This document shows positions 46,387 through 59,074 of a stretch of 64,000 nt of DNA, piece by piece. The notes under the pieces are model-generated. The model was not told the DNA's origin, searched no databases, and worked only from the letters and a program-made list of their open reading frames with translations. The DNA is from an uncultured Nitrososphaeraceae archaeon (GTDB lineage Archaea > Thermoproteota > Nitrososphaeria > Nitrososphaerales > Nitrososphaeraceae): assembly GCA_963765895.1 (NCBI GenBank), contig CAVXZB010000084.1, forward strand, positions 32,001 through 96,000, in the 5' to 3' direction. How positions within the stretch are numbered: position 1 is the stretch's first letter; every line of letters starts with the position of its first letter. Made by a program: the position numbers and the translations under genes.

Positions 46387-47303
46387 GAATTGTCATGCCT
46401 TGTGACTAACTATTGATTATTTTCTACAAGTAACAATTAGAATCTATATGCATATGTTGTTTATGATGTTCCGCTAAGCTCGAGTTGACCAAACTTAAAT
46501 TTGGCTCCAGTCACTGGTTCTTAACATCTAATTTCTACTGGATAGTGAGATATCAATTGGCAGCTACAAAGGTGATTAATGATACGTATTCTATTATCGG
46601 CTAAACCAATGAAGGTGCACTAGCAGGCGAGCCTGGTATATTACACGTAGTAAAGTCTGATGGATTTAAGCGCTTCAGACGAGCAGCTGAGACTACATTT
46701 AATATAGTATACGAGGCAAAGTCCTAAATGAATCAGTAATTAACAATCAGTCTCTCTACTAATATATTCATTCAAGTCCAAATATTGATTGTTTGCTGGC
46801 CTATGGCTTATTAATACAAAATGTGTATATGTAGGAGATCTTTTATTGACTAGGTCAGGCTAGCTAGATATATAATGACCAAAGTGGTTAAGGAAAGGAC
46901 ATATTAAAGTAAACTGTTTTATGACAGCCAAGCGATAAGTGTATGTATGGTCGCTGGCAGTTATCTAGCCATAATCAAGTCATCTGTTGCAACAGATGTG
47001 GTTTCTGTCTCATACTTGGTTGGGTTAACCAGCGGCCATTTGTTGTCAAGCCATGTTAATTACAGATTGATGAGATCAAATTTGTAGTTGTCTACACTAA
47101 GGGCTAATACCATCCCCAATAAAACATATTGCAATTTTACTTTTGATCTCATAGAAGACTACGGATAATGACGCTATTGACTTAGACCTCCTAAAAAATA
47201 TTACTATAGTGCAAACATGAAATTGCTGGCAATATTTAATCAATTGTAACCAAATCAAGTTAAGAAAAAAAGTCTTAAATACACCGCGTAACACTCTACA
47301 ATA

Positions 47304-47513
47304 ATGTTCAAGAATCAAGAAAATCGTAAATATTTGACAATGTCTTTGCTTGCAATTATAGCAGTAATGGCAGGAACTTTAGCAATAAGTCAGATTCTAG
47401 AGACAGCAATGGCCCAGACTACTGGCAATAATACAGGTAATCAGACAGGTAACCAAACGGGACATCCTCTTGCTAAACTTGGCGCACTCAAAAACGCGAT
47501 AGGCGGCAAGTAA
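47304..47513 (+). CDS. Small secreted peptide with TGN(N/Q) repeats
   Basis: Signal peptide, TGNNTGNQTGNQTG; oligo-T after the stop. Confidence 0.65.
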   Translation: MFKNQENRKYLTMSLLAIIAVMAGTLAISQILETAMAQTTGNNTGNQTGNQTGHPLAKLGALKNAIGGK

Positions 47514-47801
47514 AACAATTCCCTGACTTTTTTTTATTGCTACTGCAAACATGGCAATAACAAAAATTAGTTCAAAATAACAGTATTCATATTAATATTC
47601 TTGGTCAAACATAATTTGGATCTATGGGCCCCAAAATAATGATGATGGAATTGGAGCTACAATTGCATTCGGTCTACCAATTACAAACAAAATAGGTCGA
47701 TGTAGAGTTACGGATTAACTAATCTACTACCATTAGTAGTAGAGACACAGTATACCGCTATCTAAACTATATACGAACCTCAAATGTAATACATAAGACT
47801 A

Positions 47802-48508
47802 CTAACCTTTTTTTACTTGCTCCGCTTCAGGCGATGGTAAGTCTAAGTCTTTATGCAATCCCTTATACACGTCGGCTGCTATTAGTCCTCCAAGGATGGG
47901 AGCTACCCAGTAAATCCATTGGAAGTCAAAGTTCCAAAGAATTAGCGCAGGGCCAAAAGAACGTGCGGGGTTTAAAGATCCGCCACTTATAGAACCTCCC
48001 AATATGACATTGAATCCAAGGGTAAACCCTATTGCCACTCCGGCTAATGGCGCTATCTTATAATTTTTAGATGTAGTTGTTGCTAATACAACATATACGA
48101 GAGTAAATGTCATAACAGTTTCCAATATAAATGCTCTAGTAACATTATCATCTGCAGGAAGTGTGACACTAGCAGCCATTGCGCTTCCAAACATTGAATA
48201 TACTACAGCGGCAGCGATAACAGCTCCTAATGTTTGGCACGCAATAAACAGTGCTCGCTTCTTTTCCATGAATTCTTCTTGTTACTAGCAATCCTATTGT
48301 AACAGCTGGATTAACCTGAGCTCCAGAGCGATATGCTATAGCATATATTATTGCAGTTAAAGCCAAAGCATGAACCAAACCTATTCCAATCATTCCGAGC
48401 TGCCCGAGGCCAGCTATTCCAAGCAGTTTGTTGACCCCAGAATATACAGTAGCTGCTGAACAAATAGCGTAAACGAGGATGAATGTGCCAACAATTTCAA
48501 CCAGATAT
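47802..48508 (-). pseudogene. Aquaporin (MIP) paralogue lacking its start; frameshift at 48253-58
   Basis: GAQVNPAV and GGSLNPARS; strongly similar to 55201-55923. Confidence 0.85.
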
Positions 48509-48509
48509 T

Positions 48510-49604
48510 ACCATACTTTACAAATTATTGGGATTCTTGGCGTGGATTAGATAGACGAATTGCTTCAGGAGAATCTGCCAGAAGATATTTTAGCACTAAG
48601 GAATTTATTTTTAAAGGAGTGCCCAACGTGTTTATACCAAAGATACCTCTGTCAGACAATAGATTTTTTGATCCTTCAAATACGTGGATGTACAGGATCT
48701 TACTCCTGTAGTTTTCGATAGCTACGAAAAAGAGGATGGAAGAAGAAAATCAGAATACGGTAGATACGGTAGGTTGAAATATGTAGCTTCGGCAAAGGAT
48801 CAGGAGAATGCTGAACAATTTGAACACGTTATAAGATATGACGATGGCATCATAGCAGACTTTGTCTTAGCAAGCTGTTCAGTTCCGGTAAATTATGATT
48901 ATACTCGACTAAAAGTTGAAACTCGTGGCTTGGCCGGGAGAGGACAAGGTGACAATGCAGATACTGGAGATAGTAATAGTCCTTCTTCTTCTCCTCTTTC
49001 GAATGGCAATATCAGTTTGCGCAGTTTTTGGGACGGTGGACTATTAGCTAATACACCGCTAAGGCAGACCATACTTGCTCACAGAGATTATTGGCACAGA
49101 GTGAGGAAAGAGGAAGAGAATATACCTAGACTGAGATACGGTATAATAAATCTTCATCCTGCTAAACAAGATTATCTTCCTTCTGACTATGACGGTGTCG
49201 TTGACAGAAAGAATGACATTATATTTCATGACAGAACAGAATTTGATGAAAATGTTGCAGTCCTTATGTCTGATTTCATAAGGTTGGCCAAGTCTCTAAT
49301 TAAATTAGCCGAAGAGAAGGGTGTAAGTAAAGAGGCAGTACGAGAGATATTGAAGGAAGAAACCAAGGCTGTTTATCTTGCAACTGGCAAGCATTGGAAG
49401 TACCAGGACTTGCTAAAGGCTAATGTAGATGTTGATTTTGTTGTTCGTTTGGAACGAAAGAATGACAGTCATACTATTTCAAATAAGACATTTGACTTTT
49501 CAAAAACTACAATCCGACATCTAATTCAAGATGGATACAAGGAGAGTAAGGAACAGATGAAAGTAGTAATTGCTAGGTTAAGAAGTGAAGCAATTGGCAA
49601 ATAG
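48510..49604 (+). pseudogene. Patatin-like phospholipase, 5'-truncated with an internal break
   Basis: LASCSVP, FWDGGLLANTPLR; GxSxG region absent. Confidence 0.75.
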
Positions 49605-49956
49605 TTTTACAACATCTACAATTCCTATTTTGTTGATATCTTATTCTATGAACGACCTTATGATAGACTCTGGGAAGGCTCTTCTGTTTTAGGCATTTGG
49701 TATCACAAGTTATAAACTGTTTTTCCATTGAAAATATTTTCCTTCCATTAGTTTGGCGTTACATGCTTTGAGTTTGATCACGGACGAGGAAGAGCAAAGA
49801 GAAATAATCGCCGGGACTCTCCTGGGTCCATAAGTAAATAGATGAATAATGAAAGAACGGCTGCTAGAAGGCAGCACAATAAAGAGCTTGTTCCAGTTTA
49901 TTCTGCTTCAGTGCCCAGTTATCGTTTTATACGAATACGAACTTTCTCTTTTTAGC

Positions 49957-50205
49957 TTATCCAAACTTAATGGCCGATAACCGCCTCCCCTTATGGAAAA
50001 TAGGTCCCAACCACGCGTGGCCGTCATTGCTCTGACCGCGTGCGCCTGAACCATGTGGACCGAAACCAACTACACCATCGCGGCTGTTGCTCAAACCATA
50101 GACACTAAAACCGCTATTGCTCTGACCAACAACACCTACATTAATGACGGTCTTGCCATAAACACCATAACCTACCCCATCGTCAACTCCATCTACGTGC
50201 GACAT
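49957..50205 (-). pseudogene. Gly-rich beta-solenoid repeat fragment
   Basis: Periodic GVYG/GVVGQS/GVVG/GARGQS. Confidence 0.5.
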
Positions 50206-50541
50206 ATCAATAGTTCTCCCTCCAGGTTAACAGGGTTTCATAAGCTGTACGTCTAATTGATGTATGACCCTTTTCGTATTCCCTAAGACCATGCTATAGT
50301 AACAAATTATATAAGGTGTACTTATAATGCACAAAATCGGCTTCGGAATAACGGTTGCTTCTGCGTCAGTTAAGTTTGCTGCAAGACAATTATCAACAGC
50401 GTTCAGATTGCGCTTCAAACTTCGCCTATAAGAGATTTGATCCAGTCCTTATTTTTTCTTCTAATGCCAATTAATTGGATTGTAGTAATTATTGTTACGC
50501 TTAATCTTTAGTTAGTAAAAATAGTAACGTCTTACAAACTA

Positions 50542-50907
50542 TCAACGACGGAACCCAACAAATAGATTGTAAGTCTGTGCACCAAACCTTGCTAGCAGCT
50601 TTTGTAATTCCTCACTAGGGTTACCGTAAACATCAAATCTAGTTACCTTAGCGACATCGAAAATCTTTGGGAGTATTGTTTTTGATGCAACATTATTGTT
50701 GTGAGCAAGCGCTGCCTCCGAATTCGCATACGTTTCATGAACAATACACTTTGTCTCATCTTTATTTAGATAAAACTCATAATTTGTTGTAGATGGCTCA
50801 TTTGCCTCAACCATCCTGCTCATTTCCAATATCAGTTTCTTGTAACCTTCTATCTTTCCTTCGTCTATAGTGAATTCTGCTCTAAAATGTATCTGATTTT
50901 GATCCAT
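50542..50907 (-). CDS. ABM / dimeric alpha-beta barrel family protein
   Basis: VEANEP.T..YEFY, VHETYANSEAALAH, DVYGNPS. Confidence 0.8.
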   Translation of the reverse strand: MDQNQIHFRAEFTIDEGKIEGYKKLILEMSRMVEANEPSTTNYEFYLNKDETKCIVHETYANSEAALAHNNNVASKTILPKIFDVAKVTRFDVYGNPSEELQKLLARFGAQTYNLFVGFRR

Positions 50908-53900
50908 GGCTACTTATTGAATAGCAATTTAAAAGTATTAATTTGTATTTCGATTGAGATACTGTAGACATAGACTGAACTTTACACTCAACGCGCATAT
51001 GAGTTAAATTTAATACCTCTGGAAATATTTTGACTAAAATAATTAATTAGTCTCTGCTTACAACTTTCGATCTATAAGGAAGGCCTGAAATTCAACCAGC
51101 AAATAGTGTTAATGCAAAGAAACATACTGAATGTTTAGAGGCATGATAGAACGACGGAGCCAATCATCCATTTGATGCATCCAGATTTGATGTGGGAAGA
51201 ACTCTCAGGATCGATTCTTAAGGGGTTGTAAGGATGCCTGCAATTACGAAGAAACATGTCAATCCGCTGAAGACAGTCAGGATCGAAAGAGTTGTTTACT
51301 GAACTGGACTGGTTGAGCCAACCACCGCGAGACTAGTTCACCAAACAACTTATTTTTCAAGAACAGCGTACGATCTTATTATGAATCCTGATTATTGTAA
51401 CTATAACGAATCCAAAAGGCGGTTGATTATAATGATATCAGGTATTATAGACCTGAAGACGATAGATTTAACACAGTAAGGAAGGCAGATTGGTATATCC
51501 CTAAATGTCATTTCTTAATAATATCAAATACCATTTGTAGATATTTTTAACTTCAATATCAAATAATGTATGTTATAATAATGACAGAAAAAAATGATTC
51601 AGGAACCTGGACTTGAATAAGCCCCCTAACACCCAGAGGAACGCTACGAGGCACCCCCTTCAGGCGGTAGTAAGTGACAGGGAGACATAAATGCATATGC
51701 GAAACTGACAATTCCATCACCCGGACCGGCAACAGCTGCAAATACACCTAACATTCTGAATGCTACCAATGCTGTAAGTAGTCCAATTTTTAGTATTTCA
51801 TTTTTGTTTGATATTAAACATACTGTGTAATGGTATAGATATGAGATCTCCTACAACTACGTAAGATCTTTGCCCCCTATCTGCTTTAATAGCACGTGGA
51901 CTGGAAATATCGTTAGTAGGTTCAGCACCGCAGGCAGCCCATGGATTGTTATCAATAAACTAACTATCACTATTCCTTTCCAATACCTTTTTACGGTGAA
52001 GTGTATTACTTCTAATAAGTCAGGTAATGAACGAATAGAAAGATAAATTAATTAGGCCACGTATCTATTATCTAGTAACGACATTATTGCGAAAAATATT
52101 GGTAGACTTAGACTTTACGTACGACCATAGGATTATAGCGTATCGCTTGGACGACGGTGTTGCCGGGCTGATAAAGGACGGCGCATTAAAGAAAGCGCAG
52201 AATGCCCTAGACATTTACAATTATTCAGAAGTTGGCTTCCTAGGCGTAAGCAGCGAGATAGAAATAGATTCGTCGGATTTTATACCGCTAAATAATCCCT
52301 TAAAGATAAACGAAAGCGTCTAATTTAGTTTAGTTAGTGCTATTAACGCTTTGGCTATGCAGGTTGCTAATAATTAAGTTAATAGAAAAGAAGAGTAGTA
52401 GTGGTAATTGTTATCTGGCTATATTCCTATGGGTCGCCACTTGTATTCACTTTACTAGCCCAACTTGTCGAAATAGGGAAAAAGGTTTTTAGACTCCTAA
52501 AACGATCTCTTTTTCAAGTAATAAAGTGAACTCATTCGACGCGAGACAGAAGTTCATTAGAATATATAAAGAAAATAATGAGTTAGAGTTAGTAATTATA
52601 AAAGTATAAATAAATCTGATAAGAAGACCTAGGAAAATGCTCAATCAGGATATATGAAAAAAGTGTGAAATATGGGGAGGAATATAGATGTTCTTTATAG
52701 AAGGGTTAAATCGAGCAACACACTCCCCTAAAGTTCCAATGTATTCAATGCCAAAAATGGAGAAGGTACAAAGTTGAGTTTTAGTAGACTAGGTCCTATC
52801 TTCATTTAGGAGCGCTACTAGTAGCGGTCAGTGGTGTAGGTCTTGTACATGTATATGCAAAAGGAGCGTATGAATCAGGTTTAGTTATGGTGTAAAAGAC
52901 GGTAATAATCTCTGTGCTGGTAGTAAATGCGATCGGTACATCTTAACCGGGAAAGGATTTGGCTTTCACTCAGATGATTTCAATAGAGGCTATGTAGATG
53001 GCTTTTGCAGCGTGAGTCGTTCAGGTAGTGACGCAGATGAGGCTAGCTGGGAGTGTCCTGGTTAGCCTTCACTAGCTTTCTGTTCAGCCTGTTTTTCTTC
53101 TATCCTTTGTCTTACCGAATCAGGATATAAGGGATGCTATTATAAGATCCTAACTCTCTTTCTGAGGCCTTTTTCAAGTTCTTTAAGATTCAATGTTTTA
53201 GAGTCTTGAGTACTACACGTATTATCCTCTGATCCTGCTTCTTGTGTTTGTTGTTGGTTCACTGTCTGTTGTGTCATTTTTATTATTCTTAGGACAGACG
53301 AGGGTTCACTCAATATCGGTAATTGTTGTTCTAACTGTATAGATTGCTGTCGCAGTTGCTGTAGTTGTTCTATATAAAAATTATTCATAGTACTGGCAGA
53401 TGCCGATGCGACAGTATCGTAATTAAGGCGTTGGTGTTTGTCCTACTTTTCCGTCTGCAGCCGGTTGCATATACAGCCCATTAACCAATCCTTACAGTGT
53501 GACAATGATTTTCGTGATAGCCAAAAAATGTATTGAAGATATTTCATGGTTTGATAGACAGATACATATTCAGTATTAGCCCAATTTACATAACAGCCGA
53601 AAAAAGAAGAAAATGAAATTATTGTCTTCATACGTGTTACCAAAAAATCCATAGCTTTCCACTAGTACCAAAAAATGCCAAATCCCGATTAAATTCATAA
53701 ATCTATCCTTATAATATAACAGCCATATTTCATTCTGTTTATATATGATGATATACGTATAGTCAACCGCGATATAGTCAGCAAACCTTCCTTATTACTG
53801 ATTTAATACTAAAGCACGCTTTGAGTCGATCACATGATTCGAAGGTAGTGGAAAATTAAACAGCATATTCGAAATAGACATAAGCGACTAGGAAATGGTT

Positions 53901-55200
53901 TGAGAATAGACAAGAATTTAAACTCATTTTCAACACGCTCTTCTATATGAAGGTAAAGGAAGAGAATGTAATGAAACAATAGCATCCAGGACGTGCCCAG
54001 GATAAGATCCAGACTATTTCTACTTTTCATCAGTTAGCATTGTTCGGGGTCAGCCTGTTGGGCAAATTATACATATTGTCTTTTCTATCGAACACGACCA
54101 ACCATTAACAGATAGTGCCTTCATTAGAGTTCCTCTAGAGAATTGACCTGGAAAATAAAATGCCACGGGAACAATTTAGGCCAGATCTTGAGTCTTACCA
54201 AATTCCTGGTCTATCTTCTCCTCATCCAATATGGCGAGGTTTATCTCACCTCGTTTGTAACCCCTTTTTCAGTTTCAGGAATTTAAGTTACACAGATGGT
54301 CTTCCATAAACCATCTGGTATTTTTGCAGTTAGTGCAAGCAAAATTAAGGAATGTATCAGAAGTATCGATGTGGAATTTTGATGTCCCGCGATGCATTCA
54401 AATCTGGAACCTTAGAAAAAGCATTTCATGATTTCTCTTCCATTCTGCTCCTTATCGATCTAATCGAAGTGACAAGTCTGAATAAGATTTTCCGAAAATA
54501 TTCTCATTCTTTGAGTTTTTCGAATATTGCACTATTGATTGTGATCATCTGCCGCAGGAGCCATTCGAATTATTCGTGTTATATATAGAGTGATCTGAGA
54601 ATAAAATACACAGAATATTCGAGTCTTTTTCTTGAATTGACATTATTTAATTATATACACATGTACAAATAACCGCTACTAGTAGCGCTCCAAAAAAGTC
54701 CTGCTTCTCAATAATCTTTACGGGTATACCTTGCAGACAGGTTACTGATAATAACGATTGATACAGTGTATGATGTTGGTATTGATGTAAAACAATATTT
54801 TCTATCCTCCAATTCTGCAACGTGTTCTACTATGTACTGAGCTTCATTTCATATTTATAATGATGATGGATTGATGATAGATTAGATTTCGCTATCCTAT
54901 GAACTTATTCTATCGTCAGAAGGAGTACTTTAACACATTCTAATCTAGTGATGAACGAGTAAACCGGCACCACCTGGACCTATGATGGAGTAAATTGGTA
55001 AAAAAATTACAATTGATTTTACACATAAGCCAATGAAAACATAGTAAGTCATGGTACGTCAGAGTATCCATATACCAATTCAATTCTATATTTTGCGTAG
55101 CAACAGGATAATATTGGCTGGAGGAATAAGAGCATTTTATCCATCTTGAAATTCCAGCAACGTTCTTATTAAATGAGACTTAGACCACACGGCAGAGATC

Positions 55201-55923
55201 ATGTCAAAACATATCAAATCAAATACGAGTTTCAAACCTTCTTTAATCAATAAATTTTTGGTGGAAATTCTAGGGTCATTTATACTGGTTTATGCAATAG
55301 CCTCTGCCGCCACGGTTTATTCACATAGCGGCCAATTAGGGATGATCGGAATTGGGTTAGTTCATGCACTTGTGTTAACTGGGATTATCTATGCAATTGG
55401 CTATCGTTCAGGTGCTCAGGTGAATCCTGCTGTGACAATAGGTTTATTGGTAGCCGGTAAAATTACACATAAGGAAGCAATTGTCTACATAATTGCTCAA
55501 ATCATTGGGGCAGTAATTGGAGCAGCAGTAGTTTACTCCATATTTGGTTCTGCCATGGCTGCCAGTGTAACGTTACCTTCTGACAATAATGTGATAAGAG
55601 CACTAATTTTGGAGACAGTAATGACATTTACTCTAGTATACGTTGTTTTAGCGACCACTACATCAAGGAACTTTAGAATAGTCCCTTTAGCCGGCCTGGC
55701 TATAGGTATTACACTTGGTTTCAACGTTATGATTGGAGGTTCGATTACAGGTGGATCACTAAATCCTGCTCGTTCTTTTGGCCCAGCTTTGATGATGTTC
55801 AATTTTAGTTATCAATGGATTTATTGGGTAGCACCGATTACAGGCGGATTGATTGCTGCTGGAGTGTATAAATTGTTAAACACAAAAGAAGAACAAGAAA
55901 TGGAGAAAATGCCATCGGAATAA
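55201..55923 (+). CDS. Aquaporin (MIP family)
   Basis: Two NPA motifs, six TM, WIYWVAP. Confidence 0.95.
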   Translation: MSKHIKSNTSFKPSLINKFLVEILGSFILVYAIASAATVYSHSGQLGMIGIGLVHALVLTGIIYAIGYRSGAQVNPAVTIGLLVAGKITHKEAIVYIIAQIIGAVIGAAVVYSIFGSAMAASVTLPSDNNVIRALILETVMTFTLVYVVLATTTSRNFRIVPLAGLAIGITLGFNVMIGGSITGGSLNPARSFGPALMMFNFSYQWIYWVAPITGGLIAAGVYKLLNTKEEQEMEKMPSE

Positions 55924-56389
55924 TTTTCACACAACTGACTTGTTCACTAATACTCGAGTCTACATCAGACGCAACGACACCAGGTGTAAAAGGTATTATC
56001 CCAGCAGGAGGTAAGTGAGTTAGTAGAATGGACCTATTAAATGGTACAGTTCCTAGGTATAGTCACGGTTATTGTATATGCAGCAGCATTGATTTTAATC
56101 ACTGTTATAACGAGTCCGATAAAAGGCAAAGACAGAAACAAACACAACAGCACCGACAATAGCAAGATCGAATAATGAAATAGCAAATACTGAGAGAGTC
56201 ATAACTACTGTGGTAACATTTTTTACTCTTGGACAATTTCATAGAAATCACTCTGAGTCACAATTGCTACTGGCATGGCAAATAATTCTAGCTTTTATCT
56301 CAAAAAGAATTGTTGACTAAATCTATAATTCGGAAAGTATTTAGCCTACCTAAACGAGAACCTGCATTCGGTAGCTGTTTGTTTGCTAG

Positions 56390-56765
56390 GTCTAGCAAAC
56401 AACCGCCCTGTTCTTAAAACTGGATATTCTACCATATTTGGCCAATCCCATTCCATGGCTATACCTCGGTTTAACTTTCTGCCATGTATTCCTAAGGATC
56501 CAGCTGGTGCGTGATTTCTTCTCCAAATGAGGCACGAAAATCCATCCATTCTTTGACTGCACGGTACGCCTCAGGAGTCATAAACGTAATGTACTCTTCA
56601 GGCTCTTTAGGATAAACGACTAATTTTGTGGATAATATGTCGCCTTTTTCATCCTTAATCTGCGCTATATGTTTCCACTGCTTGTAATCTCAGGCTCCCA
56701 CTCTTATTCCGGTAGATATCGGCAATAGCACAATAGGCTTGATCCGCCCGTCAGGATATATTTTC
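56390..56765 (-). pseudogene. Tyrosine integrase internal fragment (second, distinct copy)
   Basis: YPDGRIKP...TGIRVGA*DY.QWKH...EEYITFMTPEAY...WMDFRASFGE. Confidence 0.75.
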
Positions 56766-56774
56766 AATTACTCT

Positions 56775-57290
56775 CTATTTCTTCCATCGTAAATAGTCCC
56801 AAGCACCTATCCGAATCCCTGAGGAGATCATGGTAAAGACTATTGCCTTTATTCTTCTGTCTGGATATTCAATTAGTCTCCTTATTTCTTCTGTTGTTGG
56901 TGCTCTATCATTTGCAGCCCTCCTCCCTATTGGTAAACCGCGCGATATTTTTTTCCAATTTAGTATTAAATCATTCATTACACAGAATAACTTCGTTGCT
57001 TTGTAATAATTCATAATCGTTGACTCTGATATTTCTCCTCTTACAATTCTCTCCTTTTGAAATACTATGAATGACATAAGACTTTCTTCTGCCCATCGTG
57101 GATTTGTTCTTGCATTTGAGATAAACTGTTTTGCTTGGTCATCTAACGTTCCTGGCATTTTTAAATAAACCAGAAAATATTGCAACCGTCGAGGATATTG
57201 TCTTCTAGTATCAGGGGCCCTTAACCCATATCTAAACATAACCATAGGATCCTTTTCTTCAATATTGTGTGCCAATGGTCGTCGATACAT
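56775..57290 (-). pseudogene. Tyrosine integrase N-terminal half, adjacent to tRNA-Ile
   Basis: DRAPTTEEIRRLIEYPDRRIK...SSGIRIGAWDYLRWK, then stop. Confidence 0.85.
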
Positions 57291-57330
57291 ACTCTTAGGT
57301 ATGGGCCTAAATAAAGTGACAAGTTTGATT

Positions 57331-57404
57331 TGGGCCGAAAGGGAGTTGAACCCTCGACCTTTCGATTATCAGTCGAACGCTCCACCAAGCTGAGCTATCG
57401 GCCC
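57331..57404 (-). tRNA. tRNA-Ile (GAT), intronless
   Basis: GGGCCGA acceptor stem; anticodon arm TTCGA-CTGATAA-TCGAA; T-loop GGTTCAACTCC. Confidence 0.97.
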
Positions 57405-57567
57405 ATCCTAAAGTGTTAAAAATTGGGGATATTTAATCTTGTGGCTCTCAGTGAGTACAAGACTACCATTGAGGGGACAAGATTATTTACACACATCAAA
57501 TAATTTCCCTTCTACAGTTACATCTAAATGCATTTAAGTGAAATAATGTTGATACTTTTTGTCGCCT

Positions 57568-58390
57568 ATGGCTAAAGAGATCAAAAAAGTAGCAGTAATT
57601 ACCAAGGTAAATAGTGCAGAGGCTGAAGGGGCAGCTAGGCGAATAATAGGCATACTTTGTTCCAGAGAAATCGAAACATATTCCATTGTGCCATTCGGTA
57701 TAGATGGCTCGCGTCCTGGTATCGCCTGACAAATTGAGGAATCTTGATCTAGATTTACTTATGGCCGTGGGCGGCGATGGGACAACACTTAGGTCGTTTA
57801 ACCTAATTCCTTGTGAAACACCTTTGTTTAGTATCAATGTTGGGGGACATAGGGGTATATTGTCCGAAGCAACCATAGACTCGATTGAGGAATCTCTAAG
57901 CTCGATACTCGCAAAAGACTATGTTTGTGAGTCCCATCTTAGAATCCAAGCCACTATTGATGATAACATTACAACTCATCCCGCATTGAATGAAATCGTT
58001 TGTGCAAGACAGAATTTGACAAGAACTCCAGTATTTTCTATTCAGTTGATGAACGACGAGATTAGCCAGAGGATGGACGGAATTATCATATCTACTCCAA
58101 CAGGATCAACTGGGCATTCGCTTTCAATTGGTGGATCAGTTCTACACGAGGATCTGGAATGTCTAACTCTTGTTCCAATCGCTTCAGTTAATAGAATGCC
58201 ACAATTAGTAGTGCCTGTTCAACAGATAAATATTAGATGCAGCCATGACCTAAGTTTAATCTTAGATGGACAGGAAGTATTTGATATTATTGCAGGCCAT
58301 CTCATCAAGATCACGCGGCATATTTCAGATGCTCGATTTGTGCGGCTAAGAAAAAGGGGATTGAGACAGCTTAGAAAATTGGGTTTCTGA
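57568..58390 (+). CDS. ppnK: NAD kinase (apparent 1-nt insertion at 57707-12)
   Basis: MAKEIKKVAVITK N-terminus in the shifted frame; GGDGT, NE, STPTGSTGHSLS. Confidence 0.9.
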
Positions 58391-58880
58391 TGCTGAACCG
58401 GTCCTAGATGCATCGGCATTCTACGCTGGGGTTCCTTTCTTGTCAGGTTTAAAATGTTTCACTAGCGCCCTAGTTTATGACGAGATAAGACACATAAAGA
58501 AATCTCACAGTGCATTGGATGTTCTAATTGACTCTGGCAATCTTGTCATTATGCAACCAGAAGCAGTATCGATAGCAACCGTTAAAACAGTGGCAAAGAA
58601 AAGTGGTGATTTGGCTATGCTCTCCAGAGCAGATATCTCTATCTTAGCACTTGCATATGAGCTGAAACGAACGTTGATTACTAATGATTATCGGATAGCT
58701 AACGTTGCACCAAGCCTTCAAGTTGTAGTAAAAACAATAGCTATTAGTGGTATAAAGAGTATAAGACAATGGATTGCTATCTGTCCAGCATGTGAAATAA
58801 TATATACTCCCGATTTGACTGAATGTAAGAATTGTGGAAACAGACTAAAATACAAATACTCAACAAAGCGAAAGGCGTGA
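58390..58880 (+). CDS. nob1: NOB1-family PIN nuclease with Zn ribbon
   Basis: VLDASAFYAG upstream in frame, LSRADISILALA, CPAC..CKNCG; start at ATG ~58390 needs a 1-nt correction. Confidence 0.85.
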
Positions 58881-59074
58881 CTTCTGACGCGATTTGATTA
58901 TTCCTTCTAGTTCAATGAAAGTCAGTTATGGAAATGTCTTGAATTGCACCGATTTTACTAAAATAGACAGTCAGTTTAGAGATGGGGTGTAGATCACCTA
59001 TCTTATGCTTGCTCTTTCTTCCGTTATCGATACAAATGAATACTACTAAAAATAAACTACCTTGAACAAGTCAA

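Noticed and set aside
53400-55000. Possible large decayed gene(s)
   Set aside because: Fragments in several frames, none identifiable without a search.
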